Shown here piece after piece: positions 39,574 to 48,678 of a stretch of 64,000 nt of DNA. Every line of letters starts with the position of its first letter. Position 1 is the first letter of the stretch. The notes under the pieces were generated by a model. That model worked only from the letters and a program-made list of their open reading frames with translations, did no database searches and had not been told where the DNA came from. Source of the stretch: Minisyncoccota bacterium (GTDB taxonomy: Bacteria; Patescibacteriota; Minisyncoccia; Phycocordibacterales; UBA2100); assembly GCA_018060545.1 (NCBI GenBank), contig JAGOVW010000003.1, positions 343 to 64,342 on the forward strand, in the 5' to 3' direction. Position numbers and translations under genes: made by a program.

Positions 39574-39786
39574 ATGCCCCAGCATACCCACTTCCACCGG
39601 AAGAATCGCCTCTTTTCTTACTCGTTTACCACGGGCGTGAAGCTCGTTGAGGCCCCGCGCCTCAAGACCGAGAACGACGTGCTCTCGCACGCGCTCTGGT
39701 TGGTGAACCACGGAAAGGATGAGGAGGCGGAGCGGTTTCTTGATCGGTACTGTTCGCAGTCCCGCTCGAGTGATCGTGGTGTGTAG
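39574..39786 (+). CDS. Small hypothetical protein (70 aa)
   Basis: An ORF in an otherwise empty 480-bp gap, followed immediately by the hairpin at 39798..39823. Confidence 0.3.
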   Translation: MPQHTHFHRKNRLFSYSFTTGVKLVEAPRLKTENDVLSHALWLVNHGKDEEAERFLDRYCSQSRSSDRGV

Positions 39787-39797
39787 GCCACTCACTG

Positions 39798-39823
39798 CCC
39801 CTCCCGCTTTTTTGCGGGAGGGG
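39798..39823 (+). terminator. Stem-loop cccctcccgc-tttttt-gcgggagggg
   Basis: A 10-bp GC stem seen directly. It lacks a canonical 3' T-run. Confidence 0.4.
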
Positions 39824-39928
39824 CGAACTATTTGTGTATAGATGCACAAGCGCTGTACTCAAGTTCTTGACTAGACCAGCACGCAGCTATCGCTATACTC
39901 TCGCGCAGACAGCAACAGGAGGTTACCA

Positions 39929-40534
39929 ATGCCCATCCTTCTTCCATACCAGTACGTCGAGCATCGCAACATCATCAAGATGGCAAAACCAATCGTGTTT
40001 CTGCTCGGGCCTGTTCGCGGCGGCGGCGATTGGCAAGCCGATGCAAGCGAGCGCATCTTCGATATCGAACCAGATGCAATAGTCGTCTGCCCATGTCGCT
40101 GGGATGAAAGCCACCGGTTGAGTAGATTTTTTTTCAACCTACCGATCGAAAAGGCGCGCGGGCAACAGTTGAGTTGGGAGCGTATATACCTGCAGTACGC
40201 AGGTATTGGGCACAGCAGCCTCTCCGAACCTTTCTATTCCCCGGGTATGCCAGAGTCGCGCGTTCGTGGATGCATTCTTGGTTGGCTTCCTCCCGAGAGT
40301 ATTGATAAACCGCATCCAGGCCCTGAACCATATGCCATGGACACGCGTGGCGAACTTGGCGAATGGCGCGTGAAAGTGCGTTTGTACAACGCGCGCGTTG
40401 CATTGGGCTCGAGCGGTGAGTTTTATGGCTTGAGCCAGATTCAGCGCAACTACAGTGCAGAAGTTGGGTATGACTTCCCCATACACAAGACATTAACCGA
40501 CACGGTGGCTGCAGCATGTGCCCTGGCTGCGTGA
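39929..40534 (+). CDS. Hypothetical protein (possible Rossmann-like nucleoside-deoxyribosyltransferase/LOG-superfamily fold)
   Basis: 201-aa ORF. The PIVFLLGPVRGGGDWQ Gly-rich loop is only suggestive. The start may be the internal MAKPIVF. Confidence 0.35.
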   Translation: MPILLPYQYVEHRNIIKMAKPIVFLLGPVRGGGDWQADASERIFDIEPDAIVVCPCRWDESHRLSRFFFNLPIEKARGQQLSWERIYLQYAGIGHSSLSEPFYSPGMPESRVRGCILGWLPPESIDKPHPGPEPYAMDTRGELGEWRVKVRLYNARVALGSSGEFYGLSQIQRNYSAEVGYDFPIHKTLTDTVAAACALAA

Positions 40535-40611
40535 ATCCATTGACAGGCATCACACATAGAAAGAGCCGCAGCAAAGCTGCGGCTCTCGTTTTTATTAGAA
40601 CGTCCTGGGCG

Positions 40612-42258
40612 TTAGCGCAACGACTGCGCATCGCGCTTCAGCTGATCCAACTGGCGTCCCATCTCTTCGATGATGCGCAAGATCTTTTCCTTCGCACCAA
40701 GTTCTGCTGGAAGGGTTCCTTTCGGTACCACCTCACTTCCACGCAGCCACTCCTCGAAATCGTCGCGTTGCGCAAACACCTTTATGGCGTCTGGCCGCGA
40801 CGCATTCGCAACAGCGGTTGCTGAAATGCCGGAGTAATTGATGTTCGTGATGGTGTACTTCCAGTACAGCGTGTTGTCGTTCGGCCGTACGATGTAGACC
40901 GGTTCGATTGCCACGATGGTGCCGGATGACTTCTCGCCGCCACGATACCATTGATAGCCTGGAATGTTGGTGAGTCGCTCGCGCGACGCCCCAGCGCCAT
41001 AGACCACTTCATGAGCATCGAACTGGTGGAAGCTTCCTTCGCCGTTCCACGCGTTCATGTAGTACATGCGAAAGAGCCCTTGTGCAGCGCCTTCGCCACG
41101 CGTTGCCGTGACGAGGTAGGTTTTCTTGTCGGCACCACGAGTCACGAACGGGAACTGATTGTCACCCGGCAGAGGTTCGATGGCGAGTTTGCCAGCGACC
41201 CGCACAAACGGTGTGAGCAATCCGTATCCCGCACGATAGTTCTGCAGAGCCACGTAGGAGCGCGCAAGAGATTCGGGAAAGATCCATTGATCCTTGAGTC
41301 GCTTGTCGGCAAGAGCTTGCGTCGGGTTGAGATTTTCAATCGTCCCATCCGAATGCACGAGCGTCACACCACCCCAATACGGCAGCCGCCACAGATAGCC
41401 ATACTTGATCTTCGGCGCAACCAGCGTCAGCTTTCTTGGCTGTGCTGGGTTGAGCACCAGGTAGTGCGGCGTATCATAGTTGGCAAAGAAGTCGGCCTTG
41501 GCCAGAGCATACTCGAGGTTGTCGAACCACTCCATACCGGGGCCTACTTTTTGCACATCATCGAGCCGAGCAAGGCGCTTGCGCGGATCTTGCGCGACCG
41601 ACGCAGAGTCGTCGAGGTACAGAAACCCTGGGTTCTGCATGGTGAAAACATTGAACACGCCCGAAGGTGTTATTGGTGCCGCATAACCGAAGTTTTGCTC
41701 ACCCACAATCGGACGCACATACTTACATTCCACCTGCTCACCCGTCGACGACACCGAGTTACCGATGTCGGTGCAGGCGTTCAGCAGAGGCGTGAAGCGA
41801 ACCGACTCGGGTGCAGTCGGGATCAATCCTTTCCGCTCCGTGAAGTTCGCTGCATATGTGCGATACGTAAGATAGTCAGTCCCCGCATACACGAAGAGAG
41901 CCCAGAGCACGTAGAGCACCGTGAGCGTCGCCAACACGGCAAGAGGCCGACGATGGTCTCTTGCACGCACGGCCGAGGACGTACCATGCACATGTGCACG
42001 GTAATATCGCCACGCACCCCACAGCAACGCAACGAACGGTACGCTATACCAGCCGTTCCTCAGCACCACGTCGAACACGAAGTTCTGCGTGAAGCGCGGA
42101 AATAGCTGGTACATAACGATGCCAGTAATAGCAAGAACAACCGCATTGACGATGAGGACTTTGCGCCGACCAGTATTCTTTTCTGGTTCGACAGGGTCCG
42201 CACCGCGGCCACCTTGCCACGGTGATCTCTGTGCACGTATCCCAGTACGAGTAGTCAT
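40612..42258 (-). CDS. Polytopic membrane protein with a large extracytoplasmic domain (hypothetical), translationally coupled to the downstream M48 peptidase
   Basis: 548 aa. N-terminal TM helices (VLIVNAVVLAITGIVMY; SVPFVALLWGAW; LAVLATLTVLYVLWALFVY). Its start overlaps the upstream gene's stop by 4 nt. Confidence 0.55.
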   Translation of the reverse strand: MTTRTGIRAQRSPWQGGRGADPVEPEKNTGRRKVLIVNAVVLAITGIVMYQLFPRFTQNFVFDVVLRNGWYSVPFVALLWGAWRYYRAHVHGTSSAVRARDHRRPLAVLATLTVLYVLWALFVYAGTDYLTYRTYAANFTERKGLIPTAPESVRFTPLLNACTDIGNSVSSTGEQVECKYVRPIVGEQNFGYAAPITPSGVFNVFTMQNPGFLYLDDSASVAQDPRKRLARLDDVQKVGPGMEWFDNLEYALAKADFFANYDTPHYLVLNPAQPRKLTLVAPKIKYGYLWRLPYWGGVTLVHSDGTIENLNPTQALADKRLKDQWIFPESLARSYVALQNYRAGYGLLTPFVRVAGKLAIEPLPGDNQFPFVTRGADKKTYLVTATRGEGAAQGLFRMYYMNAWNGEGSFHQFDAHEVVYGAGASRERLTNIPGYQWYRGGEKSSGTIVAIEPVYIVRPNDNTLYWKYTITNINYSGISATAVANASRPDAIKVFAQRDDFEEWLRGSEVVPKGTLPAELGAKEKILRIIEEMGRQLDQLKRDAQSLR

Positions 42259-43118
42259 GATGCAACTTCCTCCTTCTTCATGATGGACTCGAGTGATGCG
42301 ATCCGTTCCTCAAGGCCCGGATGGGCAAGCATGAGGTCGTGCAGTATGGGCTCGTCGGAGCTTTCGCCACGATGAGCCGCGCCGTGCGCATGTAGTTTCT
42401 TGAGCGCACTGATGAGCGGGCGCGAGTCGCCGATATACCACGCACCGAGCGCATCGGCAGCAATCTCCCTTTCTTGTGAAATAGAGAAGCGTGATATGTA
42501 GAACGCCGCCTGGCTTATCCCATAGAGTACCCAACCAAACACCATGAGCACTGGGGACTGGTTGAATAGCGAACGGGGCGAGGCAAGCAACTTGTGCAGC
42601 TTGTCGATGACACCAAGAATCATACCAATCACGGCAAGAATTCCGGTGTCACGACACCGAATGTGCGCGAACTCATGGGCGATAACGCCCTCAAGTTCTT
42701 CATCAGTCAGCATGTCCACGAGCTCGCGCGAAACGGCAACAGCGCACAGACCAGGTATCCCCGGCCCATAGGCCATTGCGTTTGGCTTCCCGCCAATCTC
42801 TACAATCCATCCGCGTGGGCGAATCCACATGCGCGCCTTTCGGCTCACCTGCTTCATCGCTCGAATGAACCGCTCATCCTTTTCAGGATGGGGTGCTTTT
42901 GCGCGAAAGATGGTGTTGACCAGCACTTCACCCAGGAAAAACACAGCGGTCATCAGTGCCAAAGACGGCATAATGATTGCCACTACTGCTCCCGGGCCGG
43001 CGAGTCTGAGCGCAATAAACGCCGCAAAAACACAGAGCACGGCGATATTGAACACACCCATACAGGTGTACCCCCAGCTCACCAAGACGGTGCTCCAGAG
43101 TCGCTTTCTGTCTATCAT
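42255..43118 (-). CDS. M48 family zinc metallopeptidase (second HtpX-like paralogue)
   Basis: HEFAHIRCRD (HExxH) motif, four or more TM helices. Confidence 0.75.
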   Translation of the reverse strand: MIDRKRLWSTVLVSWGYTCMGVFNIAVLCVFAAFIALRLAGPGAVVAIIMPSLALMTAVFFLGEVLVNTIFRAKAPHPEKDERFIRAMKQVSRKARMWIRPRGWIVEIGGKPNAMAYGPGIPGLCAVAVSRELVDMLTDEELEGVIAHEFAHIRCRDTGILAVIGMILGVIDKLHKLLASPRSLFNQSPVLMVFGWVLYGISQAAFYISRFSISQEREIAADALGAWYIGDSRPLISALKKLHAHGAAHRGESSDEPILHDLMLAHPGLEERIASLESIMKKEEVAS

Positions 43119-43181
43119 CGAGTTCCTTTCCTGTCAGTGATCAACTCGCGAGACTATACAATATGCGTACAGTATGTCAAT

Positions 43182-43487
43182 TTACCGTTTTATCAACGCA
43201 ATATCTATACCTTCCTTTTTAAGCAAGGTGAGTTTTGTTTTGATACCACCTTTTCCTGAATAGCCACCGAGTGATCCATCGGTGCGCACCACACGATGGC
43301 ACGGCACTTCGGGTGCGAGTGGATTTTTCCCTACCGCATTCCCTACCGCGCGAATTGCTTTTGGTTTACCGATTCTCTTCGCAAGCTCTGCATATGTAAT
43401 CACCTCACCCTTCTTGATGCGACACAGCTCGTGCCACACTTTTTTTTGAAACGGCGTGCCTTTTGCTTTTTCTATCGCATCCTTCAT
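43182..43487 (-). CDS. ogt: Methylated-DNA--protein-cysteine methyltransferase (MGMT/Ogt) DNA-binding/active-site domain
   Basis: PCHRVV active-site motif. ITYAELA and RAVGNAVGKNP are the HTH and recognition motifs. Confidence 0.8.
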   Translation of the reverse strand: MKDAIEKAKGTPFQKKVWHELCRIKKGEVITYAELAKRIGKPKAIRAVGNAVGKNPLAPEVPCHRVVRTDGSLGGYSGKGGIKTKLTLLKKEGIDIALIKR

Positions 43488-43490
43488 ACA

Positions 43491-43937
43491 TTACTTTGCA
43501 GATGGATCCTCTTGCATCACGCCAAAAATATTACCTTCTGTATCTTTAAAATATGCGAGCCATCCCATGCCTGGAATGGGAGCTTTGGGAACGGCTTCAG
43601 TCCCCTGTGCCGCAAGAATCTTTGAAATGGCGGCATCGATATGTTCCACGGTCATGGTGCACACATATGCGTTCACTGCTTGCCCTTCTGTTGGCGCAGG
43701 GCCTTTACGTATCATCATGCCACCATCCATGCCTGGCCATTTGTCTCCTTCTTCTGCTTTGCCAGTCATGACCGCCCAATACTCCATACCAGGCATGTCC
43801 CATTTCTTAATGTCCCATCCAAATACTGATGCATAAAAAGCAGCAGCGCGTTCTGGGTTTTCTGCATGAATCTCAAAATGTACAGGTCTATTGTGGGCCA
43901 TAGTGTTTGTCGAGCGAATATACGGAAAGCGTAGCAC
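43491..43937 (-). CDS. VOC/glyoxalase-family protein
   Basis: The HFEIHAENPERAAAFY...FGW and tandem beta-alpha-beta-beta-beta pattern is typical of glyoxalase I/bleomycin-resistance folds. Confidence 0.65.
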   Translation of the reverse strand: MLRFPYIRSTNTMAHNRPVHFEIHAENPERAAAFYASVFGWDIKKWDMPGMEYWAVMTGKAEEGDKWPGMDGGMMIRKGPAPTEGQAVNAYVCTMTVEHIDAAISKILAAQGTEAVPKAPIPGMGWLAYFKDTEGNIFGVMQEDPSAK

Positions 43938-44000
43938 ATAAGAAAAGCGGGCGCCGAAGGCGCCCGCTCGTATGAATTGTATGAACCACTAGGTGCCGAC

Positions 44001-45167
44001 TCAATCGCCGCCACCATCGCCACCGCCGTCGCCACCGCCACTGTCACTGTCGCTGCTTCCAGAGAACCAGCCACCGCGTCGATCATCGTCATCATCACGA
44101 GATGCCACCGGCGCAACTCGAGCCGGTTCTTCGGCACGCTCATGCTCATAGCGACTTGAGGCCGGTTGTGCAATCTGCACATCTGCCTCGTCCGACTCAT
44201 TAGGAGCAGCATCGTCCCCATCATCACGATCTCCTGCTTCGTCCGCATCTTCTGCGGCTTCCGCAAAATTCTCGGAATCAGGATTATCGAGCGAACCTTT
44301 CAGCGGATCGAAATCCTCTGGCAAGTTCTGGATCTGCTCGACGACCGATGGATCCAAGCTGGCGATGCTCTCGATTGCGGTGAGGTCAACAGAGTCGATG
44401 TCTTTTGCCACCTCTGCTTGCCAATCATCGAAGCCACCCATCGATTCCTTTCGGTCGGCGTCGGTGAACCCGAGCGGCGTAGCAGCTGCTTCACCTGGCT
44501 TGAGTGCCAGGTATGCAAGCCCCAAAACCGCTGCTGCAGCAAACGCAGCCATCATGCCGTTACTTGTGCCTTCACGCCCGTTCGCACGGGTATTCAGGCA
44601 GCGCTCCGGCGGGATGCCGTATTCCGCACCAGCTTTCTGCGCGTCGAGATTTGCCGCAAGGAAAATCACAATGTTCCCTCGCGACTGAAACTCTTCCAGC
44701 CGCATGCGGAGCTTTGCCACATCACGGTACTTCTGCGACGAATTTTCCAGACCGTCCGTGAAGATTTCAAGAATCTTTCGACCAGTTTGGGGAGCATCGA
44801 GAATCGGATCGATGCAGTAGCCAATAGCATCGTTCAGAGGTGTTGCCGCACGCGGCTTCACCTCGTCGGCTGCAATGGCACGAAGTGTTGCCATCGCCTC
44901 GTTGTCGCGGATCTTGTCGATGCCGAGCGAGTCGAAAGTCACCACGTGGCACTTGATTGAACGCGCCAGCGGATCGCGCCGATTGTTGGTAATCGAAGCG
45001 TTGACGGCCTTCAGCAAATCCTTGATTGCTGGCTGCATGGAACCAGAGCGATCAAGAAGTCGCAGCATTTCAACATCCAACACCGGTGCATATGCACGGC
45101 GAACCGCAGGTGATGGAGCAATCTGTGTGTCGCTCTCGCGACCAAAAATCCAAGACCAAAACCCCAT
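44001..45167 (-). CDS. von Willebrand factor A (vWA) domain membrane protein with an acidic, Gly-Asp-repeat C-terminal tail
   Basis: MIDAS DRSGSM (DxSxS), one TM (MMAAFAAAAVLGLAYLAL), tail ...GGGDGGGDGGGD. The ORF extends to 45233. Confidence 0.6.
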   Translation of the reverse strand: MGFWSWIFGRESDTQIAPSPAVRRAYAPVLDVEMLRLLDRSGSMQPAIKDLLKAVNASITNNRRDPLARSIKCHVVTFDSLGIDKIRDNEAMATLRAIAADEVKPRAATPLNDAIGYCIDPILDAPQTGRKILEIFTDGLENSSQKYRDVAKLRMRLEEFQSRGNIVIFLAANLDAQKAGAEYGIPPERCLNTRANGREGTSNGMMAAFAAAAVLGLAYLALKPGEAAATPLGFTDADRKESMGGFDDWQAEVAKDIDSVDLTAIESIASLDPSVVEQIQNLPEDFDPLKGSLDNPDSENFAEAAEDADEAGDRDDGDDAAPNESDEADVQIAQPASSRYEHERAEEPARVAPVASRDDDDDRRGGWFSGSSDSDSGGGDGGGDGGGD

Positions 45168-45342
45168 GTCGTATCCTTTCCTTCTGTTGGTAGGCAACAA
45201 GCAGTTGCGCTTGTCCACTATGTATAGTAACACATTTTATTAATATATCAAGTACCTGAAACTGCCCTATTTCCTTTTTACATACGACGACATAGACAAC
45301 CTGTACCGGCTGTAGCACACTGCAGTAAGTTATCGGTGACCT

Positions 45343-45819
45343 GTGGAGGAAACAGTGAGACTCGCAATGACCCTACTCGCCTACATCGCCCTACTGACGG
45401 GACACGCAGCCTATGCTGCGAGCCCGTTCGATCCTTTTGTGGGCTACTGGAAAGGCAATGCTGTCGGCAAAGTGTCTGATGGAAATCAAGAAGGTCTGAC
45501 ATGCACCACGAACAATTCACTGCAGGCAAATGACACACTGCGCATAGTCTTGCGCTGTGCCAATGCGGCGGGTGTCAGCCTCAAGGTGTACACCACCGTG
45601 AAGTTGAGTGCGGGCAAGCTCTCTGGAACCTGGGAAGAACGGACCTACGGTGTCTCTGGTACCGTCTCGGGGTCCCTTCAGGAGAGCGTACTGAATGCTC
45701 TGGTCGACAGCCCAAACTATGCTGCGGCCATTAAAATCACGCGCACTGCAGGCGGCTTGTCCGTTTCAGTGAAGCCTACCAAGGGCACCGGCAGTTTTGT
45801 TGCGACACTCGGCAGCTAG
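45343..45819 (+). CDS. Secreted hypothetical protein
   Basis: Signal peptide (LAMTLLAYIALLTGHAAYAA). 158 aa, beta-rich. Confidence 0.5.
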   Translation: MEETVRLAMTLLAYIALLTGHAAYAASPFDPFVGYWKGNAVGKVSDGNQEGLTCTTNNSLQANDTLRIVLRCANAAGVSLKVYTTVKLSAGKLSGTWEERTYGVSGTVSGSLQESVLNALVDSPNYAAAIKITRTAGGLSVSVKPTKGTGSFVATLGS

Positions 45820-45876
45820 GTGCTGCGCACGAAGACCCCACCTGTGTGGGGTCTTCTCTATTTGCATAGTGACACC

Positions 45877-46701
45877 TTATCGCACCAACGCCCCAAGCTT
45901 GAATCCTGCTAGTTCAGTTTCAGGGCGACGATCTCCGCTATGTTGCCCGTTGAAATCAGCAGAAGCATCCACTCCACACATACCTTTGATTGCCCCTTGC
46001 CCGCCAGGGTGTTTAGAAATCCAAGACGTAACGTCATACACATTCCCATTCACGATGGTGTAGCAGCTTGATGCTGAATTGTGTTTTGCCACTTCAGAAA
46101 GCGTGAGCCCTGCTACGATACTTCCCGTAACGCTACCCTGCGCACTTCCGGTGCCTGACTGCGTAGTGCCCGCACTCCCCGTGGTGCCACCAGAACTCCC
46201 GGAACCGCGTCGATCATCTTCGCGATCCTCATCTTCATCTTCGTTGTCATCGTCACTGTGTCGCATATCGTCATCCTCGTCATCACGATCTTCTCTGCGA
46301 GAAGATGTGCTGCGTTCAGTGTCATCCTGGTCCTCGCTGCCTACACGCGCTGTTGCACTTCCTTCAACACGTCCATCACTATCATCGAATTCGTCATTCA
46401 GATCATCCTCTCCACGTCCGCGCGAGCGAGTATCGTCGCTATCATAATCATCGCTCGACGCCACGCGCGAGCGCGCTTCAATTTTTGTTTGGTATCGTAC
46501 AAGAGCCGAGCGTACCTGCTCGATGACTCCTCTTTCTTCTATAGTAAGTGTAGGCACCGTGCTTGATGCACCTACTTGAGCGGCTGCGGTCGTATCCGTG
46601 CTTGCGTCCCCGCCTCCAGGGAGCGCTACGAGTAATATGCCAATAATAGTTGAGAACAGTTCATCAAATATAGTCATAAGAAAACAGACGCGTAGACCCA
46701 C
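45877..46701 (-). CDS. Membrane-anchored cytochrome b5-like heme-binding domain protein with a long acidic low-complexity linker
   Basis: C-terminal cyt-b5 motif (YTIVNGNVYDVTSWISKHPGGQGAIKGMCGVDASADF). N-terminal TM. The ~120-aa D/E/R-rich region is EDDLNDEFDDSDG...DDDNEDEDEDREDDRR. Confidence 0.7.
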   Translation of the reverse strand: MGLRVCFLMTIFDELFSTIIGILLVALPGGGDASTDTTAAAQVGASSTVPTLTIEERGVIEQVRSALVRYQTKIEARSRVASSDDYDSDDTRSRGRGEDDLNDEFDDSDGRVEGSATARVGSEDQDDTERSTSSRREDRDDEDDDMRHSDDDNEDEDEDREDDRRGSGSSGGTTGSAGTTQSGTGSAQGSVTGSIVAGLTLSEVAKHNSASSCYTIVNGNVYDVTSWISKHPGGQGAIKGMCGVDASADFNGQHSGDRRPETELAGFKLGALVR

Positions 46702-46719
46702 TCTCTCTTACACCCTTTC

Positions 46720-47055
46720 TTAGTTGCCGCAGGTACAGGCTGTGTCTGCACAGAGCTGTGCACCAGCGCACGAGGTAAGCGCACCTTCAACACCGCCCAC
46801 GTTCTCTACGTCGCTAAACCCTGCATCGCGCAGCGTCTTAGCTGCTCGGCCCGCGCGTCCACCAGCCATACAATGGACGCGAATAGGCACCTCACGGGAC
46901 AATTCTCCAACTGCTCCAAATTCGCCTAGCTCGATATCTGCAATGGGTAGGTGAACCGCCCCTGCAATGTGCCCCGCATCAAACTCTTCTTTTGTTCGTA
47001 CATCGATAATGATCATAGAGGTGTTTTGAACTATATAAGAATAAGAGTGTACCAT
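46720..47055 (-). CDS. Single-domain rhodanese (sulfurtransferase)
   Basis: Active-site loop HCMAGGRAGRAA. 111 aa. Confidence 0.75.
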   Translation of the reverse strand: MVHSYSYIVQNTSMIIIDVRTKEEFDAGHIAGAVHLPIADIELGEFGAVGELSREVPIRVHCMAGGRAGRAAKTLRDAGFSDVENVGGVEGALTSCAGAQLCADTACTCGN

Positions 47056-47072
47056 TTGTCGTTATACAAAGA

Positions 47073-47099
47073 ATCGCCGCAGCCAAAGGCTGCGGCGAT
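47073..47099 (-). terminator. Rho-independent terminator of 47113..47520
   Basis: atcgccgcagcc-aaa-ggctgcggcgat stem followed, in minus-strand sense, by ttctttgtat. Confidence 0.7.
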
Positions 47100-47112
47100 C
47101 GTAGAACTGCAA

Positions 47113-47520
47113 TCAATGAAGCGCGGCCGAGCGTCTGCTCAGATCGTGAAAGTGATAGAGCTCGTCGCAGGGTATGCGGCCCATATCCTCACCACGCCCA
47201 AGTCGACCATCTTCGATCAAACGTCGCAGCGTATCAGCACCTTGCGCCAAGTCTTTTTCATTGAGGAGAAAGTTCACCAGGTATTCACCATCTTCGACCT
47301 CTACCTTGGCGCGAAAGAGTGTGCCAGTGCGCCCACCCACCGAGCACGATGTACCATCGGTCTCGATGAAGCCGTCGCACAGATCGCTTTTGATAACCAT
47401 CGTCCCATTCTGTTGGCGATACAGGTCGCATGCGGCATATTTCAGCACCGCGCACACTTCATCCGCGAGCATTCCCGGGCCATTCTTAACCATGAGACAC
47501 GTCCACGAGTCGTACGACAT
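47113..47520 (-). CDS. Hypothetical protein (135 aa)
   Basis: The ORF has a dedicated terminator hairpin. The antisense 196-aa plus-strand ORF is considered spurious. Confidence 0.5.
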   Translation of the reverse strand: MSYDSWTCLMVKNGPGMLADEVCAVLKYAACDLYRQQNGTMVIKSDLCDGFIETDGTSCSVGGRTGTLFRAKVEVEDGEYLVNFLLNEKDLAQGADTLRRLIEDGRLGRGEDMGRIPCDELYHFHDLSRRSAALH

Positions 47521-47635
47521 AGCGCATTCCTTTTTGGTTGAACTTTTTGGATACTACCTCCGCAAAACTCAGAGCACAACAGCCTGCCGCCGCACGAAAC
47601 CCCCGCTATCCACACGGTGCTTGACGCCAGATTTA

Positions 47636-47656
47636 TTAGTGTATATACTACACTAA
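47636..47656. promoter_or_regulatory. Operator-like palindrome 1, TTAGTGTA-TATAC-TACACTAA (core TAGTGT-N7-ACACTA), upstream of the NadM-NadV operon
   Basis: Inverted repeat seen directly. It shares its core with site 2. Confidence 0.45.
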
Positions 47657-47696
47657 GTTAGCACCTTAGAGGCATCCGCCTCTCTTTCTTGAGGTT

Positions 47697-47723
47697 TATA
47701 TAGTGTTATATAAACACTATATA
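47697..47723. promoter_or_regulatory. Operator-like palindrome 2, TATATAGTGTT-ATATA-AACACTATATA (core TAGTGT-N7-ACACTA), 43 bp upstream of the NadM start, overlapping a TATA-rich -10-like region
   Basis: Perfect 11-bp arms seen directly. Confidence 0.45.
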
Positions 47724-47765
47724 TCCCAAGAAAGGAGCTCTTTGAAAACTCAGAAAGGACACGCT

Positions 47766-48662
47766 ATGCCTAAGTCGAAACAGAAGCTCAGTGTTGTGAT
47801 TGGCCGGTTCCAGGTACCCAGACTCCACGAAGGGCATCTGCACCTCTTGGAGATGGCCGCCAGAAATGGTCACGCACTTCTCGTTGTTCTTGGCTCACGC
47901 CGAGCACTACCCACGCAAAGGAACCCGCTCAGTTTTGCCATGCGCAAAGCAATGGTGTTGGCCGAGTACCCACACGCCACTGTGCTGGAACACTTCGACC
48001 ACCCATCGGACAGTGTATGGAGCACGGCGCTCGACGCTCTGATCCAGAGCGCATTCCCCGGACACTCCCCCACCCTCTTTGGATCACGCGACTCATTCAT
48101 CCCGCACTACCGCGGCGCGTTCAAGACGAAGTTGGTGAAGGAAGTACCGCACAAGAATGGCACCGCATTGCGCGAACACATCGCACACACGGAGCAGACG
48201 AGCGAAGACTTCCGCCGTGGCGTGATTCATACACACACCACACGCCTGCCCATTCCCTACCCTGCGATTGATGTGGCAGTACTCGCCCCCGTGCGTCGCC
48301 AGATTCTCTTGGGCGAGAAGAAAGCAGATGCGGGCAAACGACGCTTCATCGGTGGCTTCTTTGATCCGTCGCAAGACGAATCGATGGAGCACGCCGCAAA
48401 GCGCGAGACCCGTGAAGAAGCGCCGTCCATCGAAGTGTGCGGGTTCGATTACATCGGCTCGCGCGTCATTGACGATTGGCGCTATCGCGATGCTTCCGAC
48501 AAAATTGTCAGCTCACTCTTTGCGACCACTTACGTATTTGGCGCAACAAACGCTGGCGACGACCTCGATGCATTGCATTGGGTAAACTACGCCGATCTAC
48601 TCGACGTACTTACCCCCGAGCATCTCCCCTTCGGCGAGATGCTTGCAGCAAAAATTCGCTAA
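47766..48662 (+). CDS. nadM: Bifunctional NMN adenylyltransferase / Nudix ADP-ribose pyrophosphatase (NadM-Nudix)
   Basis: Nucleotidyltransferase motif GRFQVPRLHEGH (the NadM 'GRFQPxHxGH') and Nudix box GGFFDPSQDESMEHAAKRETREEA. SD AAAGGA lies 6 nt before ATG 47766. The track's upstream GTG at 47703 lies inside the palindrome. Confidence 0.8.
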   Translation: MPKSKQKLSVVIGRFQVPRLHEGHLHLLEMAARNGHALLVVLGSRRALPTQRNPLSFAMRKAMVLAEYPHATVLEHFDHPSDSVWSTALDALIQSAFPGHSPTLFGSRDSFIPHYRGAFKTKLVKEVPHKNGTALREHIAHTEQTSEDFRRGVIHTHTTRLPIPYPAIDVAVLAPVRRQILLGEKKADAGKRRFIGGFFDPSQDESMEHAAKRETREEAPSIEVCGFDYIGSRVIDDWRYRDASDKIVSSLFATTYVFGATNAGDDLDALHWVNYADLLDVLTPEHLPFGEMLAAKIR

Positions 48663-48678
48663 CCCACAGGAGAACATC

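Noticed and set aside
40951-42105. 384-aa plus-strand ORF
   Set aside because: Antisense to the 548-aa membrane protein that is translationally coupled to the M48 peptidase. The translation is Arg-rich junk-like.
44166-44960. 264-aa plus-strand ORF
   Set aside because: Antisense to the vWA-domain gene, which has a clear MIDAS motif and TM segment.
46951-47541. 196-aa plus-strand ORF
   Set aside because: The opposite-strand 135-aa ORF (47113..47520) is followed by a dedicated terminator hairpin in its own orientation. The plus ORF would run through that terminator and the rhodanese stop region.
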